A DNA stretch of 20,000 nucleotides. Origin: Takakia lepidozioides (Eukaryota; Plantae; Bryophyta). A program made the position numbers and the translations under genes. The stretch spans positions 1 to 20,000 of the forward strand of contig JAKLZA010000285.1 of NCBI GenBank assembly GCA_030704615.1, given 5' to 3'. The notes beneath the pieces are model-generated. The model searched no databases and was not told the origin of the DNA. It saw only the letters and a program-made list of their open reading frames with translations. Of this stretch, positions 10,071 to 20,000 are shown piece after piece; within the stretch, counting starts at the first letter, position 1, and every line of letters starts with the position of its first letter.

Positions 10071-13000
10071 ATGGCAGAGACACGAAACGAAAGAGCAGAG
10101 CTTTTCTCTTGAACAATGCTTGCAAGCCCCGCAGGCTTACAAGAGATTACCCATAGCTTTCTGCGGCAACCATACGTTTCTGCTTTGTGCACTACAGGCA
10201 TTCCTGCAGTTGTTACAGCCAAAGCAGTTCTGTGAGTCTAAGATGAAGAGAGTGAGAGGAATGGAGGAAATCAGGGTGAAGAGCACCACAATTCTGCAGA
10301 AACAAACGATGGCTACCCCACAGGCGATAAAGATACTGAAGGAGCTGAGATTGGAAGGATTGCAAAGCATGGATTGGACACTACACCATAGACAGTACAT
10401 GTTACAATTTTTGCAGAACTTTGAGCCAAAGACAGGAACAACAACGGTGAAGGGAGTTGAATTAATGATTACTCCCCTATACCTCCAGCAATTGTTTCGA
10501 TTGCCAGCAGGTCATGTGTATGTGGAGGAACACAGGAAAGACTGCAAATAGGGGATTTATTCCAAGAAGGGAGTTTCTTTAAAACTCAGGGTTATGCTTG
10601 TACCAAAGCTGTGTACCCAGGGTTAAAAGACATAGGCCAAGTATTGAACGTTCTGATTGCCCTGAAACAGAACCAACAATATTTGAGCAGATCCTTCACA
10701 GAGGAGAAATCCTCAAAGGCTTGAAGGACAAGAGGTACCATGGGCGGACATAATGTACAACGCACTGGTAGAGGAGATGAAAAGATTACAAGGTACTACC
10801 GCAAAATCTCCTATCATAGTGTCTGGCCCAATCATTGCTCAAATAATCCTTAGTTCTGGCATACTTAATGCACAAGAAAGGAAGGAAATGGGAGTGTTTG
10901 AGCCAGAAACAACTGCAATGGAAGAGCAAGGCTCTTCACACAGTGAGGGTGGACTAGCAGCACAACCCGAGACTAAGAGGCAGAGAAGGGGAAAGACTGT
11001 AGTGGCGGATCCACTGGCTTCACGGATTCCGCATGATAATGTTTCCCAAGCTCATGACCAGGAAGGGGCACAGCAGCACAAAGAATGTTATTACTGGAAG
11101 CAGGACCTTCAGAGAGGGAGGAAGAAGTTACTTCTGCATCACAACCAACACAGCCACTTGAACGACTTGTCACAAGGTCACAAGTTATCCATGCAGCTCA
11201 ACCCGAAATAATTGATTTGGAAGTGAAGGGATAGATATTCCAACTACAGAACAGATAGTGGCGGAAATAGAGAAAGGGGACCTTCTCTATGAATATTCTG
11301 GTCTGGTCAAGCAGACAGAAATCCCAGAGGTGCAACAGTTGCCCAAGAGAAATCCTGAGGTACATATAATGCACACACCTGTGTCGGAGAACCAGGCGGC
11401 AGCCTGACACATGTGTAGCACCGGTCATAAATGAAGTAGTTCAGGAAGAAAATCCGGTGGGACAATGGTCTGAATGGTTAGTGAGACATCATACTGTTGA
11501 AGATCGAGGAGGAGGAACAGCAGCAACCTCACCATGATGACCCTCAACAGGCAATGCTGATGAGTTCCATAGGCAGGACACTTAATTTGTTGGGGACTTA
11601 TGTCAAACCCATGTTCCAATTACCCAATTGACAGCCTTGAAAGAAGAACTCAGGAAGGAGTTTGAGGCTCGACTTGCCACTGAGTGTGCAAACAAGGTCG
11701 ATGAAGAGGTCACTCTCAAGATGAAGCAGGACTTGGCCAATACAGAAATGGCTTTGCAATTGGCCAAGCAACAATTGATTGAGGCAGGCCTCGCGCAAGA
11801 CCAGTTGCACGAAGCACATAAGCAACAGCTATACCAAATGCAGGTGCAGCATGAAAGCAAGTTGCAAGAACTGAATGCACTACATACGGAGTTGCAGACA
11901 GTGCATAACAGGATGGCGATACAATGCGCTACATTTACAACTATGCTTGACCAATCAACAAAAAAAAATAAACAGTCAAGCGGAAAAATGTACGAGGCAG
12001 AGCAGAAGAAGAGAATGTGGAGCACATGAAGCTCATTGTCGATATGAAGAATACAATCTGTCGCAATGAAGATACTTTCAAGCAATACAGGCAGATGGAA
12101 GCTGAGAATGAGAAATACATCGTGGAGTTGCAACAAACCATCGTGGCCAATAGAAATGAAATCGCGGTCAGTAACAAGGCTTCGAAAGAAGCCAATAATC
12201 TACTTGCTGCCTATGCGCAATTGGTTGAGCCACAGGCGAAGCGCATGAAGGCTTTACAACAGCAGTTGGAATTGTATAAGCTAAGAGAGGAGCAAACTCT
12301 CAGGGGAACCACAAGCAGCTTGGTGGATAACAGCCTTATGCAGGTCTGGTTAGCACAAGGGCCAGTAGAAGGCAAAGCCCACGGAAGCTCACCCAAAGCG
12401 AGATGAATGAGCTCAGACTGCAGGTGCAGAACATTGCCACAACTACTATAGACAATGTCTATAGTAGGATAGCAGAGTTACAAGAGGATGTAGACGGACT
12501 CCAGACTCAAGTGGAAGACCTCACTTCAAACATCGACCAAAGAGTCTATATCCCTCAGGAACAGCTAATGGCTTCTTATTTGCAAGCCAGAACTCTGGCT
12601 TTTCAGTCTTCACAGGAGGTGCAGGAGATGCCAATGGTACAGGAACCAGTACCACCACCACCACAACAAAGGTCAGTGTACCAGTAGCTGAACCTGTGGT
12701 TACTACAACCACACCACAGCCACCACAGCCGGAGGTATGGGCAATGCAGCTTTTAACCCACCTAAAACTCCAGCTGCCAGGGAGTACAGTAGGGCTATGA
12801 TTATGCCCTTCAACCAAATTCCCATCATGTTGGATTTGGCTTGGAAAGAATTTAGTCCTCCGCAGTCATTCGCACATTACTACCAAATCATGCGTATTTG
12901 GCTGCCAGTGGCAACCAGGACTAAAGTTCTTCCAAACAATCGACATATTGAAGATCATCACTTTGCACAATACTGGCACGAGGCAGGTACCATGTTGAGG

Positions 13001-13800
13001 GAATTGGTTGCTTTCCAGGTTGTACATGGACTCATTTATACCAAGACCAAGGAGAGATAGCAAGTATTGTCATGGGGTGCGGGCTATACTACGCTGCTTG
13101 TTTTCTGATACGTTACCACATAGAGCAACAAAAGATGCAAGCACGCTTTCAAAGTTACTCCAGTGGAGATCATTGGGTATTACCTTCGGTGCCACCTCAT
13201 ATGTACCTATATGACCCAAAAGTTATGATACAAAAGGATTCTCAAATTCGTTCATGGTTTCAAGCAGCCTGCAACAATTTGTCAACACAGAAATTCGGAC
13301 TTGATGACATTTTCTATAAGGGACATATCGCATGGAAATACTTGCACGCTGCACCAGTAATTGGTACCCCACTCATCTGGACAGACAAGGAGCTCAGTGT
13401 CTACACCAATTTTGCTGTTCAACGGTTACACCAGGTTGTAAAATGCAAACTTCCAGACATGGTAGGACAGCATTGTATGCCCCAGATGATTCCACAAAAA
13501 GTTCGAAAATTAAAACACCTGAGAGGCGATGAGGATTCTGATACAACTGTTTCTTCACAAAATTCTTTTGACATGGGAGAAGACTATGCAATTCAGATGG
13601 AAGAGAAGAAACAAAGGGGATCTCCTATGCCGGAAAGATTACCTCGATATCAGCCTCCAGAAGGCCTCACTTATCCAGGTAGTGATCAACCATCTCCATC
13701 AACCAGAGACAGACCTCGGGCTCGTACACACAGCCCACCACGAAACTCTCAACGTCAACAAGGTGCTCACTCACAAAGGGTTGCTACTCGGAAACAGTAA
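10071..13800 (+). CDS. Large 3' extra ORF region (env-position): plant-transposon (Athila ORF/Transposase_32-like) N-terminal domain, low-complexity linker, long coiled coil, unknown C-terminal domain; frameshifted
   Basis: YMLQFLQNFEPKTGTTTVKGVELMITPLYLQQLFRLP (10393-10506) and WADIMYNALVEEM...SGPIIAQIILSSG (10741-10860) resemble that family's pattern (my recognition, not an HMM result); heptad-rich ORFs at 11628-12560; aromatic-rich ORFs at 12737-13800; stop 21 nt before the PPT. Confidence 0.7.
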
Positions 13801-13821
13801 ACCGTGAGGACACGGCTTTTT

Positions 13822-13835
13822 GAGGGGGGAAGGGG
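13822..13835 (+). promoter_or_regulatory. Polypurine tract
   Basis: GAGGGGGGAAGGGG preceded by a T-run, ending 3 nt before the 3' LTR. Confidence 0.9.
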
Positions 13836-13838
13836 TAA

Positions 13839-14788
13839 TGTTAGAGGACTGTAGGGGACTTAGACACTTATACGGGATCTGTAGGGTACCCTTAATTTTT
13901 GCACAGACTGAGACAAACAGGAACCTTAGGGGTGACAGCAGCGCACTGTAGAAGGGGGTTACATAGCCCACACAGCCGACACAGCAAGTCACAGCCCACA
14001 CACCAACCACAGCCCGTCACAGTCGTCACAGCCCACACAGCCCACACAGCCCGTCACAGTCGTCACAGCAGCACACAACCCACACAGCCCGTACACACAC
14101 AGCCCGGCACAGCCACACAGCCAGTCACAGCCCGACACAGCCAAACACAGCCAGTCACCGCTTGACACAGCTGTCACGATAATAGGGAACGAAGAGTAGG
14201 ACAGGGAACGACTGTGGGGAACAACACCTGTGAAGGGAACATGTTAGTTCACATACGACGGTTAGAGAGGGAAACGGTTAGAACCGCGGATAGGAGGATA
14301 AAGGAAGAACGGGGAATAGGAAGGGGATCATTATTCGGGGAGGACTTCGGAGACAGGCGGGAGCGAGAGATCGGAGAGCACGATGAAGGAGAAAGAGGAT
14401 TAGTAGATGCTTGTATATGCAAAGCTAGAGTGATATTGTAGAGAGATAGAGACATAATGGCTTCGGCCTGATACCTGATAAATCATAATCTGATACTTAT
14501 ACGATACAATCACACTGTGTAGAGAGATCTGAGTGAAGCTGTGGATGAATGGAGGAGTTGAAGGAAACCGATAAATTGATGAAGCAAACTGATACTTAAT
14601 TATCAATGGTAAGGTAGCTAAGATGAATGCGGAAAAGGAAACAAATAGGAAACACCCCCATGATACACTAGCTGTAGGTCATGACTGATTGTTCTGCGCG
14701 GGCTGAGTACTTAGAGATTTCCAACTCTTCTATCTTGGAGTTTCCGCCTCGGATAGCGAAGGGATGGGTGAGTAAAAGCCGCGCGACA
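13839..14788 (+). repeat. 3' LTR (950 bp)
   Basis: tgttagaggactgtagggg...agccgcgcgaca; direct repeat of 1631-2532. Confidence 0.95.
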
Positions 14789-14817
14789 GCAGTCATGCCC
14801 CATAGTTTGCATGGCAG

Positions 14818-15592
14818 GGAGGAAACTGAAACGGCTTAATTATGGAGCAGCCAATCTCATCCGTCCAGGATCCTGTAGGGGGGATTTAAATGTGCCTGGA
14901 GTGTTTGTGAGGAATTGCAGCGTAGCTTGAACTTTTTACAGCCACAGCGCTTGCTTCCTCCTCCATCCGGAAAGCTGCAATGTCATAGCGTATGTGCCAG
15001 TACTCCGAATTTGTCAAGGATGCCGTGCCACCGAAACTATAGCCGACTGCCTTTATATGGCCACGATTATTGCTATGTTCAAAACTAGAATCAGGAGACA
15101 TCATTGTCTGGCTCTCTTTTTCCAGACGCTGCTGGAATCAAGCAAGGTCTTGGCGCAATGCGTATCTGGAGGGCTATTACCGCTTTGAGCGAGGTGAGGG
15201 CGAGGGCATGCGGTCGTGGGTCCTGAAATTTGTGACCTCGATATACCACCTGGATAGGGATGCGGACAGATCACGCACGCCTCGCTTTGCGCTGGACGCT
15301 GCCAGTGGACCAGGGAGGACGGCACCGGGGGGAAAACGATATACGAGCAGATCACTCGCTTCCAGTGTGTATGGAGACATCGGCTGAGTGCGAAGACGAA
15401 TCGCAGGCACATGAGGCCCACAGTGACCTTGTCAAGGTATGATGGTGGTTCCTTGATGGACAGGACATTGTCGTCGGCTCTAGAAAGGGTAGCAGAAAGA
15501 GACCGAAATTGCAGTTTACTCGAGGTGCCGCAGCAAGTAATGAGCTTTGTTTGAGGGGTATCGAAGTGATCGACTTGGTGAAGCCCATGTAG
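14818..15592 (+). pseudogene. Possible degenerate coding fragment of unknown product
   Basis: Protein-like plus-strand reading (e.g. LESGDIIVWLSFSRRCW...AYLEGYYRFERGEGEGMRSWVLKFVTSIYHL) broken by stops/frameshifts; no family recognised. Confidence 0.25.
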
Positions 15593-15832
15593 AAGGAGGA
15601 AGGGCAGTTTTAGTTTGTCTGCAGTTGGTAAATGTGAGACATCGTGTCGATCAATAAACCATCGTACCTACTCTGTTGATGTGTTTCATTCTGTTGAATA
15701 ACTGTCGGAATTGGCCCACTGTTACAATTTGATGTCTCATTTCTACAATTGTCTGTCCGGATGAATATAGCAGAGTAATCGTATGTGAGTCATGTGTCAA
15801 GAATATACCAGAGTAACGCCATGTCGGACATT

Positions 15833-16639
15833 GAAATGCGGCACACCACATTTCCATGTGGGACAGGAAATGCGGCACCGCATTCCATGTCGGACAAGGA
15901 AATGCGGGCCGCATTTCCATGTCGGACATGGAAATGTCGGCACCGCATTTCAGTGTCGGACAATGGAATGCGGTGCATCATTTCCGTCCAGGTACACGAA
16001 ATACCAACACGGGTCTATAAATTGGACAGAAAACGAGGTTGGCATTGCAAATGCGGCGACGCATTTCCAGCTTGGCAATGGAAACTTCTTTTTGGACAAG
16101 GGAATGCGGTGCCGCATTTCCGTCCAACACTTCGAAAATGTTGACATTTTCCGACCAGCGCGATGGAATGCGTTACCGCATTTCCGTGAGAGGGTCTGCA
16201 AATGGACAAATTGCGATGTCCGTTCTGGAAATGCGGCGCCGCATTTCCATGTCCGTCATCGACTTTTTTTTACAATGGAATGCGGTGCCAATTTTTGCTG
16301 ATGGGGCCTGCAGTTCGAACAACGACCATCCCCAATATGGAAATGCGGCACCGCATTTTCAATTCCGCCATCTCGACCTCCTTGTTCGACCTCCTTGTTC
16401 GACCTCTGTAAGCGTGGTGGTGGCATCCATGCAATGAGCGGGAGAGGCCAAAAACTGGCGTGTGGGACAAAGGAAATTTTGGAAATGCGGCACCGCATTT
16501 CCAATCGGCCGATTACTTTTTACTATGCCAACATTGAAATGGAAAATTTAGTCCCTCCCCTGTTTGGAAATGCGGTGCCGCATTTCCAAAAGAGGTTTTA
16601 GAGTTGCCAAAATTTTGGAAAATGCGGTGCCCCATTTTT
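15833..16639. repeat. Array of ~14 palindromic motifs GGAAATGCGG-(CA/TG/CG)-CCGCATTTCC
   Basis: Copies near 15833, 15867, 15898, 15930, 15965, 16047, 16100, 16165, 16227, 16277, 16339, 16481, 16565, 16617; first five at ~32-35 bp period. Confidence 0.9.
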
Positions 16640-16775
16640 GATTTGGGAGCGTCGTGGTTTGGGCGATTGTGTGGCTGGAATGCACACTGGAGAGGGGTCA
16701 CGAATGTCGGGCAGATTTTCTTTATATTACTCTGGAAGAGAATTTACATTTACAGAGACTTCATTAAAAATTCTA

Positions 16776-19700
16776 TTAATCTTGAAAATCATCCGAATCC
16801 TCATCCTGTTCTAGACTGTCCTGCTCCGCCTCCACCCCCTCAGTGCCTTTCTCATCTCCAGCGGACTGCTCGTTGGCCAGGCTTTCGAAAATCCCATCTT
16901 CCCCTTGCGGAACTGTCCATCTCACCTCCGTTGGGTCGTCTTCCTCCCTGTCTGGTTGCGCTCTCATCCGCTGAATCACATATGTACTTTCGTACCCGTC
17001 TACCTGTCTGAGCTGCTGCCAACTCTTTCCTTATCCTTCTGTCCTCCCTAGCCCTCTCCAAAATCTGCTCTACTTTACTGGGATTCTCACTTCTTCTAAT
17101 CGCTGTATTTGCGAGTTTAGCTGCATAACTAGGAAGGGAGTAGTCCCTCACCGGGCTCGTCATGAAGTCGGCCCTCGCAAAGAACGGGACATTCTTCCTG
17201 GCAGGAAGTGTAGGCCCTACATGTTTCGACCCGGACCCTGCAATCCTGCACATGACAATCATCAACGAGACTAATGAGAACCACAGTCCGGAAATTCCTT
17301 TGACAAAAATGACCCAGAAGGCTTTGCAAACTTACAATGTTTGCACTCACTCGTATTCCGGGTTCTCCTCCGCATCAATGTCCACTGTGTCTTCCTCGGA
17401 CTCCGACGAATCCGAGGAGACTTCCGCTCTGTCGGGAGCCTTAACATTCCGTTGCAGCCCTTCCAGATGGGATCCCCACACGGATGAATCCTCCTCGTAG
17501 GCAAAGAGGTGCCGGTCGGAAAACCGCCCAGCCCACATTGAGGCACCTGTTACAATGCCATCCACACATTACCACATGGCGCTTCAGATGTTGCGAACTA
17601 CATCCTAACGAGAATTTGCAGAACAGCATAGAGATCAAGATTCTGCATACCTGTCCCACAGATGAGGTCGAGCACTGTGCCCTCCACGTCTGTGCATGTC
17701 TCCATAATTGTCTGAATGAAGGCAGGGCTCCGAGTCCGTGAGTACCGCAGGGGGTTCCGTTGAAGTGAGGCTATGAGGGAGAAGTTCCTTGGGAACGTTG
17801 TTGAACAGAACGTCGTAATCGAGGGGGTCGCAGTTCGGGTCAACCTTTCCTCCCTCCTTCCGGAAAGCAAAGGTGGAGTTCTCCTTCACAAAGCAGTATG
17901 CATCGAACTGCTTCGTCTGCATACACAGGGGGGAACGATTAGAAACCGAATGCGGCACCGCATTTGAAAACACCCAAGCAAATGAATGGACGAGTGCCAG
18001 TGTCGTAATCACCTTCTTCCCTTCCGACCGAAGGCCCAGTGTGTTGATGCACGTCCACTTCTTTCTCAGAATCGGGACGGCGCTCTTGCGGGTCCACTTC
18101 GCAATTCCCGTCTGAGTGTTTTTTCCTCTGCTCGCCAGGACAACCACACAGCCTCTGTCGTCCAACACCATGCGGGCAAGCCCGAATCCTTTCTTCCAAA
18201 AGTCCTCCGAGTACCTGTTCCAAGATGGCAAAGCTTGCAGTCCTTCCACAGGCTCTCCGTCCGGAATATCCAAGATGATCATATCGCAAGACCACTCGGT
18301 GGCATTTCCGCCCCTCCTACAATCCTTGTCTGCACACACCCTCTCAAAGAACGAGACCATATTCTGAAATCCTGGGGTGTCGGAAGGCTCTTCGGCAGTC
18401 GCCTTCTTCAGTGCTCTGCCCTTCAGACCCTCCATGGTCTTCATGTATGCCAACTTGGCTGCCCGTCCATCCAAAGCCGCCAAGAAACTCTCATTTACAC
18501 ACTGGACTACTGTTTCGGGAGCCACTTTCGGCCTCTTCATTTCCACCGGCTCGAAAGGGTGCCCCCTTGGGGGGTTGAAGAGTGCCTTCTTTGCCGAGCT
18601 AGTTCTCGTGCCTCTCGTGACAACGGTGGGCACAGGGGAGGCAGCCTGCGTTTGGGGGGTGGGCTGGTTGCAAAGTCTCCATCGGAGTCCTCTTCCTCAC
18701 CCTCTTCCTGAACAGGCTGTTTCTGCTTCTTCGTTTTGGCGGGTGTCACAACAGCTGCTCCTTGCTGGCGAGTCCTCTTCTTCGACCCCTTCTGTGGGCC
18801 TGCACAGCTGCATCCACCGTCTTTTGTGCCATCTCAGCTGCCTTTCTGGATTCTTCCAGAGCAGCAGATTCCTTTGCCGACTTTGGCCCAACAGGGACAC
18901 GTCTTTCCTTTCTCTTCTCTTCTGCCAAGGCGTGCAGATCTTTCTCAGACTCATCAACAATACCACCAGACATGTCCAGGTACCAGGGGCATCCAACGAG
19001 ATGCGCGGGATGCCATTGTTTCTGCATCTCGGGTGTGTAGACACAGCTTGGGCCCGCCACGGTCCAAGCCATGAAGAACGAGGGCTCTTGAGCTAGGGCC
19101 CCTGTCTGAAGGAGCACGTATTTCATATACCTGCAAGGCAGTCAGCATGCGTGAGCATAAGATTGGACGAACCTACTCGCAGAGTGCCACCGAAAACATA
19201 AAATGCGAATGCGGTGCCGCATTTCCGAGACAAACCTCGTAACCAGCTTCGCATACAAGGGCAGCAGTGCTTCACCTGTAAACAATTCGCATTGCAGCTT
19301 TCCCCGCTCCCTCCTGATGTGTAAACTCCACGCTCCTTCTTGCTGTGTGTAGCTCTCTGGCGAAAAGGTTGTCCTTGTACGCACATCTGAAACGTGTCAC
19401 GTAGTCTTCCAATGTCTGTGTTCCATCCCATTTGACGTACAAGCCGAACGAATTTGTGTGCATTACGACTTGCTCCTTCGCATTCGACATTACCTGCGAT
19501 TCCCAAAGGCATTGTCACGTAGCAGTTCAGGGAATTCATTTCAGAAAAGCAAATCTGGGGAAGTACCTTGAATTACCTGGAACCACCAAGTCATGCGGTT
19601 GAGCCACACATCCACTGCAGGGTCGGAAACTTCGAGTGGAAAAGACCACATTGTCCTTATGTTCTCGGATGCATTCCAGATCGACAGCCACCGTGTCTGC

Positions 19701-20000
19701 CATTTCCGATCCAATGTCAGGAGCTGGAAGAGAGTGGCTATTGCTAGGAAGGAACTTCAGTGCATTGAAACCTCACATTCTCTTTCGCCTCAACACATGC
19801 CGTTGAGAGGTGATGCAGTTTCTCCAATTGCATGGTCGGCTGCATGGCCCGAGAATAGTGTTTTGCAATCTCGGGGATGAAGTCCTTTCCAAGTGCCGGA
19901 TCTGCAATTGCCACCACCTTCACAAGCTTTGACTTGTATTTGGTTCTGGACTTGACACCGGCTTCCTTCAAGTGCTCAGTCAATGACTGCAACGTTTTGA
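16776..20000 (-). CDS. Spliced gene encoding a beta-class N6-adenine/N4-cytosine DNA methyltransferase-like protein (5' end outside window; deviant motif IV; apparent frameshifts)
   Basis: Phase-compatible GT-AG introns at 19494-19576, 19131-19235, 17917-18012, 17547-17650, 17246-17350. Spliced product has SCDMIILDIPDG (motif IV-like), ARMVLDDRGCVVVL, RTRSPAFIQTIMETCT and VLDLICGT|GASMWAGRFSDRHLFAYEEDS (motif I/II-like); acidic tail ends at TAA 16776. Confidence 0.75.
17948..17966. repeat. Intronic copy of the array palindrome
   Basis: gaatgcggcaccgcattt inside predicted intron 17917-18012. Confidence 0.85.
19206..19226. repeat. Intronic copy of the array palindrome
   Basis: gaatgcggtgccgcatttcc inside predicted intron 19131-19235. 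Confidence 0.85.

Larger units (their letters stand above)
1631..14788 (+). mobile_element. Full-length Ty3/Gypsy LTR retrotransposon, non-chromovirus (Athila/Phygy/Selgy-like), with extra ORFs
   Basis: Paired LTRs with TG...CA ends, PBS, PPT, gag, and pol in PR-RT-RH-INT order; no chromodomain and no extra archaeal-type RNase H seen. Lineage assignment is inference. Confidence 0.95.

Noticed and set aside
10071-13800. True retroviral envelope gene
   Set aside because: Occupies the env position, but no signal peptide or convincing transmembrane anchor is visible
14886-15104. Minus-strand ORF with GYSFGG, like an alpha/beta-hydrolase nucleophile elbow
   Set aside because: Only 72 aa, no other hydrolase motifs, and the opposite strand looks at least as coding-like; probably chance
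16373-16406. 14-bp tandem tcgacctccttgt(t) x~2.5
   Set aside because: Ordinary short local duplication
15833-16639. CRISPR array (palindromic repeats with unique spacers)
   Set aside because: Eukaryotic context, no cas genes, spacer lengths from ~10 to ~120 nt, repeats in both orientations, and isolated copies inside introns
15785-16701. Many overlapping Cys/His/Arg-rich ORFs on both strands
   Set aside because: Translations of the palindromic repeat (EMRHRI / NAAPHF / KCGTAF), not genes
17986-19096. Long plus-strand ORFs (241 and 239 aa)
   Set aside because: Antisense shadows of the minus-strand MTase-like gene; splice signals and motifs support the minus strand

Overview
Eukaryotic repeat-rich DNA, most likely from a non-seed land plant (inference from the retroelement type and short GT-AG introns). 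The window is dominated by a full-length ~13.2 kb Ty3/Gypsy non-chromovirus LTR retrotransposon (1631-14788). It has 902/950-bp TG...CA LTRs, a tRNA-Arg-like PBS, a long N-terminal gag extension, gag with three CCHC knuckles, PR-RT-RH-INT, a very large sense-strand extra ORF region (~10.07-13.80 kb) and a PPT. Upstream lie an internal fragment and a truncated LTR of a second copy of the same family (1-~1152). Downstream are a degenerate coding-like stretch, an array of ~14 palindromic GGAAATGCGG-NN-CCGCATTTCC motifs (15.83-16.64 kb) and a spliced minus-strand gene (16776 to beyond 20000). When five phase-compatible introns are removed, that gene encodes a beta-class N6A/N4C DNA methyltransferase fold with a deviant catalytic motif (DIPD). 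Two of its introns carry the same palindrome. The methyltransferase-like gene plus palindrome array is the most unusual element here. Many single-base frameshifts across all genes may be consensus errors rather than real decay.
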